Shown here one piece after another: positions 10,395 to 22,232 of a DNA stretch of 64,000 nt. A model generated the notes under the pieces. It did not search any database. It was not told the DNA's origin and saw nothing but the letters and a program-made list of their open reading frames with translations. The stretch comes from Selaginella moellendorffii. Lineage: Eukaryota; Plantae; Lycopodiophyta. Each line of letters starts with the position of its first letter. Within the stretch, counting starts at the first letter, position 1. The stretch lies in NCBI RefSeq assembly GCF_000143415.4, contig NW_003314323.1:624499-688498 (forward strand), in the 5' to 3' direction. A program made the translations under genes and the position numbers.

Positions 10395-12542
10395 ATGCAG
10401 GGAGCTGCGTCGGCTGCGCCACAGGCGGAGGCGATCCTGGCATGGCTGCAAGAGGAGATCGGCTACAGATCAGCTGGGGATCACGCATTGCCGTCGCCCG
10501 AGGCGCTGCCGCTGAAATATGCTGCCCGTGTGGAAGTTTTTGGTGGAGAGGGTGAAATCCGACAAGACGGTGGAGACTGCGGCGGAACATCGTCGTCCAT
10601 GGCGGGAGCAGTGGCGCCGCGGAGGAGAGTGGCGATGGGAAAGCCAGGGAGGAGGGCGGCGCCGCTGCCACCACCAAGGCCGGGAAGAAGAGAGGCGATG
10701 GGAAATTCAAGGGGAGGGGCGAGAAGACCCCCGCTGCCAAGGAGGAGAAAGAACGCGAGAGCAAGGCTCTGGAGGGCGATGATTCGAAGGAGCGAGCTCT
10801 CGCGGAGAGGGGTTCGGCGGAGAAGGAGGTGGAGAGATTGAAAGGTGTGATGACAAGGACGTGAAGAGCAGGATGCTGGATCTCTCTCGCGAGGAGGGCG
10901 AGCGCCAGCGAGTTCTGGATGACAAGTTTAATTCGAGGTAAGAAATATAGATCTCTCGAAGTTCTTGAGAACTATAGATCTTTCAAAGTTCTTACTTTTC
11001 TCTCTCTCTCTCTCTCTTGGAAGCCAGACACAAACAAGTCCAGCTTGAGTCTTTCGATCAGCGGTGCGAGCAGACTGTGCGGATCTTTGCCGAGTACCGG
11101 CGAAGATTGGCAAGGTATGTCGACCGTGCTCGAGAGGCACAAAGAGGGAAGCTTGCGGAGTCCAAGAAAGAGCAAGACACAGTGTATGCAACGTCGATCA
11201 AAGGTGACGATCAGATCCTCATAGAGACTGCGCAGGAAAGGAGTATAAGAAAGGCATGCGAGCTGCTATCGTCACAGCTTACTGAGAAGATCACGCTCTC
11301 GTTTCCCTCGTACGAAGGACGAGAGAGCCAAGGTGACGCTCAGGCCACCGAGGTTGCAAAGCTCGGGTTTGAGGAGTGGCTGAGGATATTCTCTCGCGAA
11401 TCTGCCACAAATCATCCACTATTTCGTTATTTGTACCACAAACACCAAGTTAGAATCCTACACTTCATGCAGATTAGCAGCACTCACAAACCTTAGCTTC
11501 TCTGCGTCCGGTCGGATGTCGATCCTCTCCGTTTCTTTGGTGATCAAAGGAACGACTCGAGCAGTATAAGTCGCCATCGCCCGCAAGAGCTGCGTTGGAT
11601 TCTTCAAGAGGCTCAATGCAGCCTCCCGAGAGACAGGTATGGCGGAATGCAAGTTGCTTTTATCTTTCTTCTAGTCATGAAAGTGTCGTTTGCGTTGCAG
11701 AAAGCTCATGTTCAGCAGTTTATGGCAACGGAAGAAGCTCTGAACGAAGCTGTGGGAATCAGCTCTATGCTGGGCCCTGAAGCGATAGCGGCAGCGGAGA
11801 GAAATGCCGATATGGTTGCTGCCAGAGCTGGTGCAGGCGACCCTTCAGCGATGGCGTCAATCTGCCGGATAGCTGCAGCATCACAATACTCGCAAGGTAT
11901 GTAAATTTGTTTCATCCGTCAAACAAGTTTTCTTCTTTTTTTGTTTTCGTATTGTAGGAGCTGAAGCACAAGATGCTGGCATGATAGCCATTGTGGAAGC
12001 GCTGAGGTTCTGTCTCAAGCCTTGCTCTTCTCCGGCGAGCCTTCTGGAAAACCTGGCGCGCTCCATCAACTTGGTTCAGACGCTGAGAGACCTCGTTGGC
12101 AGTGGACGAGCTCTTTTGACAGCAGCAAACATCTCCAGACCCGACTACGAAAAGTAAGAAAAACAAAAGAACAGAACCGTTTTCCATGTCTCACTCCTTT
12201 GGATGCTTTGCTCCAGGACTGCGAATGCGTGCGCTGAGACAACCAGAGAACAGGAGCTGGTTGCTCTCGAGGAGTGGCTACCGAGTCTCAAGCACGCGGT
12301 CCTCGAAGCGGACAAGTGCCTGGAAGATTGCCATCGAGTTCGCGGCTTGGTAAACTTACGCCTCGTTTCATCATCTGGATTTGACACGAATTTTACTTCT
12401 TCTCGCGCAGGTGAACGAGTTGTGGGAGCAGCCAGCCGCAACCGCGGTGGCTTGGATCACGGTCGATGGCCAAAACGCTGCTGCCTGGTTTCGCTCACGA
12501 GCTCCAAAACGAGAAGCAGCTGCTGTGCCGTACAATCCGATG
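10395..12542 (+). pseudogene. AUG5 pseudogene
   Basis: Homologous to 22233-25176; frameshifts at about 10510 and 10580; internal inversion 11391-11627; about 690-bp deletion at 11753. Confidence 0.92.
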
Positions 12543-12659
12543 AAAGTACAGTACAGTTGCCACGTAAGCATTAAAAACCGTTATTGCGGAATATTCGCCA
12601 ATTTGGCGCACCAAAATTAGGGCTAGGACTCCTTAGGGTTCTTGGAAAAGCTCCAAGTT

Positions 12660-13199
12660 CGTCACAATGTCCCGTTGTGCGTGTCGCCACAGCGGGCTGC
12701 ATCGGGTATCCCGTGAACTATGATCCGGGGGATCACGTCATGCCGCCGCCGCCGCCGCCGCAACATGTATGGGCATTTTCTTCGATTTCGATTCGGTCCT
12801 GCTCGATGTCCGGTGTCGTCGCGTTCTGGTCTTGATTTTCCTGGAGCACAGGGATAGATCCAAGGATGAGAATGGTGAGGGGTTTTATTTCCTGTGTAGG
12901 CCAAAGAAATCCATGACTTTGTGGATATTGAGTCCACTGCCGATCACTTGAGAAGCGTCTTATAAAATGGAGGAGCACGCCTGTTAGCAGGGTGAATCCA
13001 AGGTTTACCCGGGAGGTGTCACACATGAAGCTGGATAACATCTGTACCGTGGAAACTCGCGTTCACGACCCAAAGCTCCGGGCTCTCAGTGCTGGTATCT
13101 GAGTGGTGCCAAGGCCGAGGATGTGCCGAGGATGTTCCGGGTAAGCTTTTGTTCTCTTTTCCTTTGAAGTTTGTTTGTTTACTCGTTTCTTCTTTTCAG
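12660..13199 (+). pseudogene. Truncated copy of orphan gene Y
   Basis: Matches 25394-25970; frameshift and stop near 13088-13102; similarity ends exactly at an intron acceptor. Confidence 0.8.
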
Positions 13200-13232
13200 C
13201 TCTCCGTCGCGCCCTGCCCTGGCAATCCGGCC

Positions 13233-14395
13233 ATGGAGCTCTCTTCCATCCTCGAGCGATCTAGCGGCCGCGAATTTCTTGGGGGCGATGCTGCGACCTT
13301 GCGATCGGCCTCACTGGATGTGATCTCGATGCGTTTGAGCACCGGGATCATGAAAAGAAATGGCCATACATCCAAAGGCCTTGTACTTCATATTCTCACT
13401 TCCGAAGAAAAAGGCTACTTTGGTTTCAATTGACGAGACAGTGATGACAGGGACTTCAAAAGAACCAGCTCAACAATACGCTGACCAGATGCTGCACTAC
13501 GAGCTGGAAAATGATGTCGGAAAAGATGCTGTAGAAGTTAGAACCGAGTCTGCTTGTAAGGAATTGTACAGTGGCGATGACAGGAGTACTCCTCAAGTGC
13601 TGAATAGTCAAGTGGACGATTGGACCGAAACAACTACAATCGTCGGTGAGAAGGCTTGGATCCGTGCTTTCTAAGTTAACTCTTGAAACATTTAATCCAG
13701 GTGAAACATTCGGGAGCTTGTTTCCTAAAGAAGAAAGAAGTCACGAAGGTTTGCCACTTTAACATGCTTGCTTTCTTTCTCACTCGCATTACAGGAGGAA
13801 CTTTTAGACGACTATAAACAAGGTTAAAATTGACTGGAGTGCTCTACGGAGTATGAAGTCAAGGCAAGTTTTGTTTGTATGCCAATATTTCTTCTATTTG
13901 GTCTCCTAAATTCTTCTATGCTTGTTGATTGCAGATAGTTGAAATGAAAATGATGATGCTAAACATGAAATCTCAGTATCGGCAGCAGATGACCCGGAAA
14001 AGGCCATATCAATGTGAAACTTCTACAGCTGCCAACGATGAAAGAGTTTTCCTTGGTTACAAGCAACCAAGCGAAACAAAACGTTGATTTTCTGAAGAAG
14101 CAAATGCAAAAGCTTAAGCAGGATAAAGAAAATTTGAGCAGGGAGCTCTTTTCTATGAAAAAGAAGCAGAGGTACGTGTGTCATCATACCAAGCCCGCTT
14201 CTCGAACTAAATTTCTTGCCAGGCAATCTGAGAAGCAGAAGAAAAGCCTTGATGACGCATTGGATAAAGTCTCAGGTCAGCAGACTGCAATTCCAGGAAC
14301 TAAAACAGTATAATGTTCCAAATACCGGTGCTAAACTATTGGGCTTAGTTTAATGATTTCAAAGAACTGGTAAGATTAGACGAAGAGATATTATC
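13233..14395 (+). pseudogene. Second copy of the coiled-coil gene (5' part), frameshifted and interrupted
   Basis: 13771-14395 matches 1-654 with indels; upstream part begins MELSSILERSSG; ends at the AT-rich insertion. Confidence 0.7.
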
Positions 14396-15437
14396 CAAGA
14401 AATTGTAAGTTATAAGTTTTTCTTTTCGAATTTGTTAATTTCACCTCTTTTTTTTCAATTTTCCCAATTTATCTCATCTATCCGACTTGGCTTTAATTAA
14501 CTTCCTTTTGCTAAGGTTTTTGTTTATTATATTAACTTCTACTTGGTTTTACTTGGATTGAGCTATTCATTACATAAGTAATAAGCTATTCATTCATAAA
14601 TTCATAAATTCTTTCTCAATCCCTTTTCCCAAGTTTAATTGGACTTAAAGTTTGGTTACATTCCTTGCAAGCATAAATAACTAAGAACATGAAACATCCA
14701 AATTCTTAACATCCCTAAGTACAATAAAATTTAATCATAAAACCCTTTAAATCCCAAGCCTTAAGTGTATCTATTGTTTTGGGACTTTGGGGGGAAATAC
14801 TATAGCCTAATGGCTTAGTATAAAGACCTCTATTCCCCCATTTCTATCCTAAAAAGAAGGCCCAAGCCTTTATGAAGGAGTGAGATTATATGGTATTTTA
14901 GTGGGGCATTACTTCACATGAATTGGGACTTTCTCTTGAGCATTTCCTTAGGTGACTTTTTTAGCATTATTTGATTTTGTGCTCACTCCCACCCAATGCC
15001 ATTAACTCCTAGTCTCAACTTCAATTCGATTTAAAAGCACCATTAGAAAGTTCCTTTAAGATTGAATCCCTACTATATTTTTGGAATCCCTTGTAGCCCC
15101 CTTTGGGAAATGATTACTTTGGGCTTTCACCCTATGACCTGAATTAGTATTCAGACTCAGTCTCAAATTTTATTTCAAACTTAGTCTCATTTGATGAATT
15201 CTTGTGAGACACAAAATCCCTAGGCCCCAAAGTGGAGCCGAAAGGGTGCCACGTGGTAGTGGCCGAAGCGAAAGCCAAACGAGCGTAACACGTTTAGACC
15301 AAAAGCTCCGACATGAAAAATCGAAAGCGGGAGTGAAATTCTTAACAAAGTGTTCGAGGAACGAGCATGAAACAAGCAATAAGCGAGGCTCCAAAAAAGG
15401 ACCCAAAAGGACCAACACATGACACATGGAAGCGTCC

Positions 15438-15927
15438 AAGATGGACCCGAGATGGATCCAAGTTGGAGTCTAAGGTGGAGTCCAAGATGGAGTTCGAGAT
15501 GGAGTCCGAGGTGGAGTCCGAGATAGACCCGAGATGGACCCGAGTTGGAGTCTAAAGTGGAGTCCGAGGTGGACCCGAAATGGAGTCCGAGTTGGAGTCC
15601 GAGGTGGAGTCCAAGATGGACCCGAGATGGAGTCCGAGATGGACCCAAGATGGAGTTCAAGATGGAGTCCGAGTTGGAGTCCGAGGTGGAATCCGAAATG
15701 GACCCGAGATGGACCCAAGTTGGAGTCCAAGGTGGAGTCCGAGGTGGACCCGAGATGGAGTCCGAGATGGGACCGAGACCGAGACCGAGACTGGGACCAA
15801 GATCGGGACTGAGACCGAGACCGAGACTGAGACCAAGACTGAGACCAAGGCTGAGGCCAAGACCGAGCCCAAGCCCGAGTCCAAGTCCGAGTCCGAGTCC
15901 AAATCCAAGTTCGAGTCCGAGTCCGAG
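15438..15927. repeat. Tandem array of GAGTCC/GAGACC hexamers and GAG(A/G/T)TGGAGTCC 11-12-mers
   Basis: Directly visible; 11-12-mer zone 15438-15770 then pure hexamer zone 15771-15927. Confidence 0.92.
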
Positions 15928-16519
15928 AAAGTGAAAGCCCAAAGCGTGCGTCTCCCAGACCCTGGGGGGTTTGGTGAGCTCCAAAAGTATAGTGGGGGGA
16001 GGACTGCAATGGAGCCAGTTTGGCCAGGAAAGGCCAGTTTGGCCCAGGAAAGCTGTACCCAGTGTTGGGTGATGAGTTGCCCATTGGAAAGTCCAAGACT
16101 AGAGTGAACACAGACCGACAAGCAGGGTAGCTTGGTGAAGTGTTCAAGAGCCGGCTCTAGTTCCCCCGGGAGATCGACTGGCTGATGCTTTTAGTCCAAG
16201 TGTGGGTGGCACTACTTACTTGGATACCTGGTGTGGCTCAACGGAACCTCGCTCTAATCCCACGGCTAAAGCACCCAAAGGCAGAAGGTGGGGAGAGTAC
16301 CCACGAGGCTCGCATAAGGCCACGGTGTTCCGAAATGTCGTCCCAAAGGCCTAGACTGTGGAAAGGAAGAGGAGTAGTCCTCTAGAGTAGAGACCAAAAA
16401 TACAGCTGTGTGGTGAGGAAGTCCCAGAGGACCGTGGGACTTAGTGGTCGGGCTTGTGGGCCTCGATCTAGTGGCAGTGTTGGCAAACACGGCCATAGGT
16501 AGAAAGGGACTTGGTGGGG

Positions 16520-17895
16520 ACTGGAAAAGGGATATTGGGGAAGGCTATTCCTCATGTGTAAAGCTCCTATGTTTGGACTTCCCGGGAGATCACCCAGCCC
16601 AGTACTATTCAAACCCAAGGACACTTAACCCCAAATATCCCAAGACCCTTAACCGATTGGAAAAAGGGGTGCACTCTTGTTCATGGGCCCTTTCCCTCTA
16701 TATTTGAACCCCTATGGATCGTTTCTCAAGTCATTCCCTTTAGTTGCTTACATCATGTTTGTGGGCATCTTAAGGATGATAAGGAGTGGATTTGGGATGA
16801 TCACTCATGGATGGATAGCTCAGTCTTTGAGAGATGGGACTGTGATGTAGATGGTGCCAGACCACCAATGTGACTAAGGTGAATGGGCATGGCCTTAGTG
16901 TAACAGGTTGATATGTCGGTGGTACCTTGGGGTGTCGATCATGGGATTAGACACGTGGAGCACTTAGACCAAGTGCAATGGTTGAGTGGCATGGATGCCA
17001 TTCTTGGGGTTAGTAAGTCCCTAAGTCTAAAATAGGATTTATGGAGGTTATGAGTGAGACTCCTCCAAATGGTTGGAAGTGTGGTTGAGTGACTAAAGTA
17101 GAATGGAATTTACAATTCTTTATCGTTTTAGTTATGATTTCATGGATCCTTTAACCTGTAACACATAAAGGAGTTGATTCTTTATAACTCCACCACCTAT
17201 AAAAGAAATTTGATTGAATGTCTTTATTTAATTTTACTACATATTAAGCATTTCTTTGAGGACATCTCCCCACTCCCTAGCTAAGAGTTCATGATAACAA
17301 GATATAGGTGTTCCTATACCCCTTATCTCATCTTCCCTAGTAAAGGGTTGGGACTTGAACCCAACCTTTGTTGAATACATTTACGGATTTGATATCCCCT
17401 TAGGGAGTTGGGTGTAACTCCTTATGTCTCATTAACCTATGCTAATTAGCTTTGGCAGGTCTTTAGGTCCTAATATATAACATTACTCAATTTCACAAAT
17501 AAATACTTTAATTAAACTTTACATAAGTACATAAAGTTTTACTTATTCCTTCACTAGATCTCAAGTGTTGGCTACATTCTCTTTCGGTTCCCATGTTGCT
17601 TTGTAGAGTTGAACTCTTTTCCACTTTACATGAAATTCTTTCACCTCACGTATTTATTGTTAATGTAAGCAATTAAAAAAAACAGCTTAAAAGACAATTT
17701 ATAAGGGTTCAAATATAGAAAGAAAAAGCTTATGAATAAAAGTGCACCTTTTTTTCTAATTGATTAAAAGTCTTCAGATATTTAGGGTTAAGTGTCTTTG
17801 GGTTTAAATTGTGATATCATGGGAAGTCTAAATTCAAGAGTTTACAATTAGCCCTTGTATGCATTAAGGATAGCTTTATCCTTATGTTCCTTCTC
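16520..17895. repeat. Degenerate inverted repeat, arms about 16520-16755 and 17660-17895, ~900-bp spacer
   Basis: aaacccaaggacacttaaccccaaatatc (16611) versus gatatttagggttaagtgtctttgggttt (17777); ctatatttgaacccc versus agggttcaaatatag; mismatches mostly transitions. Confidence 0.75.
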
Positions 17896-18311
17896 TTTTT
17901 GGATAACTTAATCTTTGCAAAGTGGGTCCTCAAAATACTATTGACATATTAAACATTATTATGACACTCTTCTAAAGCTACATTTTTTAGTTCCTTTTGT
18001 GAAACATACACTCTCACTTGCTTATAATAAATGAGTCTACAGTTCACATAACATATTTTCTCTTTCTTAAATGACTCACTTTTCTAATGAGCATCCTATG
18101 CCTCTTGATTCCTTAACAACATGCTAGACCATCATCCTCATACATTATCTATATATCATTTCCAAAAGTTGCTATTACATTGGATATCATTAACTTTTAA
18201 GTTTATTTTTCAACTTAAAACATTTACCATGATATTATTCTTCCTAAGTTTATAAAAAATCTCACAATTAAACTTAGCCAAAATAATAGCCCATTAACCT
18301 TGTTTTCCCGT

Positions 18312-19516
18312 TTACTGCTCCAAAACTTGTTCCTAACACAATTACATCCATCAATGCTAGCTAGAAAACTCCTCATGAAGCAAAGTACCTTGAAGCTTGC
18401 CACCAGGAGAGTGGGGTTCAACTGGACATAGCTCTCAGCAATGCTCTCATCAACATGTTTGGCAGTAGCAACCAGGCTTGTGAAGCTTGGAAAGTTTTTG
18501 ATGCAACTCATAACAAGAACATTGTCTCCTGGAACGCAATGCTGTCAGCTCACTCTCAGAATGGACACTTCGAAGAGACAATCGCACAGATGGCCTTGAC
18601 GAAGATGGTGAAGCCCAATAAGCTTACATTCGCATGTGCAAACCTCAAGAACCTCCGGGAAGGAAAGCTAGCACACGCAGCAGCAGTGGAAGCTGGCCTG
18701 GAGTTCGCAGTGCCCGTCGCTGCTACGCTCATCCAGATGTACTCCAAGTGCCACTGCCTCGAAGAAGCCAGGGACATTTTCAGCCAGAGTCCATCCTCGG
18801 ACGTGGTAGCATGGACTGTTATGATCTCGGCCTATGCTCAGAACTGTCGACCCCAGGAAGCCATTGCTCTTTTCCGCATGACAGTGCCACCAGATAGTGT
18901 GGCCTTCGCCACTGTGGGAGTTCCGAGAACTTGGAGGCCGGGAGAGCGATCCGATCTAAGATCGTGGAGCTCAGGCTGGACGCTGAGAGGGTGGTGGCCA
19001 ACGCAGTGCTGGACCTCTATGGCAAGTGTGCCGAGATTGTCGAGACAGTGGAGATCTTCGGCAGGATGAGGCAGCCAGACAGAGTTTCGTGGAACACTAT
19101 GGTGGCGGTGTATGCCCGAGCCAGGCATACCGCCGGGAGCTTGTGGTGCTTCCGGGCGATGCAGCTGGAGGGTGTTTGTCGGAGTGAGGTGAGCTTGGTG
19201 AGCGTGCTCTTGGCGTACAGTCACGCAGGGGCTGCCAGTGCTTCGCCTCCATCGTGAGTGACTATAAGATGGTTCCATCACGCGAGCGGCAGGGGTGTGT
19301 GGTGGATCTCCTGCCCCGAGCGGGGTCGTGGATTTCGGAGGATTTGATCCGGGCGGTGGCTCCATCCACACCGAGCTCCGAGCTGTGGAAGGCGGTGTTG
19401 AGCGCTTGCAGGATCCACTTGGACGTGGAGCTGGGCGAGTGCGCGGCTGCTTGCGTTCTCGAGATGGGTCCTGGTAGTGACTCGGCTCATCATTTTGTCC
19501 AACATCTATGGATCAT
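18312..19516 (+). pseudogene. PPR-E copy 3, truncated with multiple frameshifts
   Basis: Homologous to 2143-3410; frameshifts near 18915, 19228 and 19490. Confidence 0.9.
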
Positions 19517-20036
19517 CGAGTGTGATCTTCGAAATTCATGCATAGAAACTTCTCATAGAAACTTCTCCTTGAGGACTTTTCTATGTTGACATTGAGTCTG
19601 AAATGATTCTAGGCTTGTGAAGAAACCATGCGGTGGCAAAGGAGGACATGGTCTTGGTTCCTGCGACGCCTTCCTTGGTATGACTTCGCAATGGCGGTCT
19701 CGAAGGTTTAGCCGAGAATCCCGAGCGGCTTCTTTTCTGGTGATGCATCCACGGAAGACTTCGGGCCGAGTGGATAAGCACGAAAAATTGTAAAGAAGTC
19801 TGAACAGAAAGGTGGCGTGCCAGCGACCTGAAAAATGGTCGCGTTTTTCTGACAAGTCAGTCGATTCTGTGGCGAGTTTGGTGGGAAGACCATGTCATTG
19901 CGACTTCAAATATGGGACCCCAGGAAGTAACTCGGATGCTCCGGATCATCTCAGCACTCAGTGGTATAAATTCGCAAGCTTTTCTCGAGATCGATCGCCA
20001 ATTTAGAGGTTTGCTTTGCTCTTACTTTGCTCTACG

Positions 20037-20297
20037 ATGAGGCGATTTGGAATGATGTTCCTGGTGCTCTTGGCGCTGGCAGCGGTGGCCACGGAGGTGG
20101 AGGCGCAGCAGCAGTGCTTCCGCGAGCGTGCATGCCGGCCGGGAGGATTGAGCTGCGATTCCTACTGCAAGTCTTGCCATTTCTTCCAAGCGGGCCAGCG
20201 ATGCGTCAAGTGCAAGGGCGGGAGCTGCACCCTGTTTGGAAGATGCATCTGTGATGCACCGTGCAGATTCTCAAACTGCCCAACGTATTCAGGCTAG
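20037..20297 (+). CDS. Secreted 12-cysteine defensin-like peptide, copy 3
   Basis: Intact signal peptide plus 12 Cys; TATA at 19964; AATAAA near 20358. Confidence 0.87.
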   Translation: MRRFGMMFLVLLALAAVATEVEAQQQCFRERACRPGGLSCDSYCKSCHFFQAGQRCVKCKGGSCTLFGRCICDAPCRFSNCPTYSG

Positions 20298-20602
20298 AAA
20301 ACAGCCTGACTCTGACTCTGTTGCTTGCTTCTCCGAAGGTGTGTTCTATCTTCATGAAATAAAAGATGTGTTCGGTGTCAGCTTAAGTTAATAAAAAAGA
20401 GGGACAAAATTACTCGCTTTAAGGAAGGGTAAAGTTTAACATATAAAGCAAAACCCTGTTAGGTATTTGCTTTCATAGTAGATGGCACAGTTGAAATCCA
20501 CGGACGTCCTGTTGGAGATCAAGCGGAAGGATGTGAAACCCAGTTTACTTATCCGGGTAAGCAGAGAAAGGAGCTGGCTGACTTTGCTTTTGCTGCCAGT
20601 TT

Positions 20603-21993
20603 ATGCAAGCTTTCGGGGTCCTCGGTAGGCTAACTAGAGATTCATTTCTGTTTTATTCACGGGTGCTTTGGAGCAGTTGTCGAGTCTTGCTATCCCTTAT
20701 CATAAGATGCTGCTATGAGCTTGACAACAAGTCGTTTCCTACTCTGGAGCCCAGTGCCGCTCTTTGCTTTGATTCACGCTCCAAGGGCGAAGTCCTGGAG
20801 CTGCTCATCGGGTTTGGCGAGCAGCTAGAACGTTTTGCGCATCTGGTAACTCCTTTTTTTCGCTCATTTTGTATGCAACACCCAACTGTGGTGTTCACTG
20901 GGTTTATGGAAGGCCTAAATGCTCATGCTGTTGGTAAGCTAACAAGCACCAGTTATGATTTTCACATCCTAGGTGAGCCGCCCTTCTTTCGAACTGCAGC
21001 TCGGAAACCTTGATCAGGTTGCGAACCACTGTTGGTCCATGCAGCACGACCGGTAGTCGTAACTCTTTCCGTCCATGCTGGATCTGCAGTGTCTCTTGAT
21101 GACGTGCCAGATGATTGCTCTGCACTTGTCTATTGTGGAAGAGCTTTCCTTGGTGAGGCCGGATCATTCATTCGTGCTTTCCGTAACCGTCTTGTTTCTA
21201 GTGTCTATGGATGCTAAGGACGGACCAACACTATCCGGCATGGGTTTGCAGGAGGTGTTTAAAATGGCAGGGGCGCTCATGGCCACCGGCGCGACTCGGC
21301 TGATCCGCGGGGCATTTGACATTATCGAGTTGGCAATAAATCGTGACTGCCTTGTTTATACAAGTCAGTGCTATGGTTCTACGTTCAAGCTCGTTAAGGT
21401 GAGTTATATGTATTTGCAACTAAGTTAATCGTGCTTAGTAGCGAAGCCATCAAGGTGGCGCACTTGCTTATTACCGATTTTGCAATCTGCAAAAAGGTAA
21501 CCTTGTCTTTGTGGTAATGCTCAAGCTCACGATTGATTTGGCAGTTCTTTCTCATGCTAACAATACCCAAGGGCATTGACAAGTGGCCGGTGGGAAAAGG
21601 AAGGCCAGGAGAAGACGTTCGCTGTTTGCTTTCGCCCTCTATCCGGGCTCTGATGAAACCAGCCAGCAGTTCCTCCAGGTTTGCTCTAATCGGGGAGTCG
21701 ACCAACAGTTGCAACGTTGAAAGACTGAGCTCATATTTTGCGTGCTACAAGGTGGCGAGTACTGTGTACCTGTCCTCATGTTTAAAGATGATGTCCCTGC
21801 GAGACTCACTCGGTTGCAGGCGAAACGAATTACACTGGGCTTTTTGGTGCAGAGGAGCAGATTCGAAGAGTTAAACCTGCAATCTATGGAGGTCAAAGTT
21901 GATCGTGGTGCTTCTATAACGCGTAGAAGTGCGGTTCCCTACCTCGAGCATGCTCTACTGGCGACGAAGGACACCAAGTTTAGGCCTTTCTAA
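20603..21993 (+). pseudogene. Orphan multi-exon gene X copy 3 (probably disrupted)
   Basis: Exon-like blocks (EVLELLIGFGEQLERFAHL; MGLQEVFKMAGALMATGATRLIRGAFDIIELAINRD; EVKVDRGASITRRSAVPYLEHALLATKD) with GT..AG boundaries; a donor present in the other copies is deleted near 21790; no family recognised. Confidence 0.5.
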
Positions 21994-22232
21994 AACGCAT
22001 GTAAGAAACTGTACGGTAGATAAACTGTACGAAGGCCAAGTTTCTATAGAACCCTAAAAACATACGGTAGATTTTAAACTCCATGAGTTGTACGGGTATG
22101 GGTCTAGGGCTTAGTGACCGTCCTTGGGTGATCAAGGTGTTGAGCGCAGGGATGAGGCCCGGATCTCGCCGTCGGCGCTGGCATTTTGGGATACTGCATT
22201 CTAGTAGCAGCGAACAGTGTTGATTCGGGCAA

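Larger units (their letters stand above)
14396..18310. mobile_element. Degenerate 3.9-kb insertion, probably nested transposon remnants; class undetermined
   Basis: Replaces the ~1.5 kb between positions 654 and 2143 of the first cassette copy; AT-rich and CpG-poor; contains a tandem array and an inverted repeat; no recognisable transposase or RT ORF. Confidence 0.6.

Noticed and set aside
15438-15927. CRISPR-like array
   Set aside because: No unique spacers, units only 6-12 bp, eukaryotic context
15220-16147. Long ORFs on both strands (GLGLGL, ESE, RPRP repeats)
   Set aside because: Translation artefacts of a stop-poor tandem repeat
22005-22100. Repeated TGTACG (SPL-site-like) motifs upstream of AUG5
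   Set aside because: Most lie in what was the last coding exon of gene X; regulatory role unsupported
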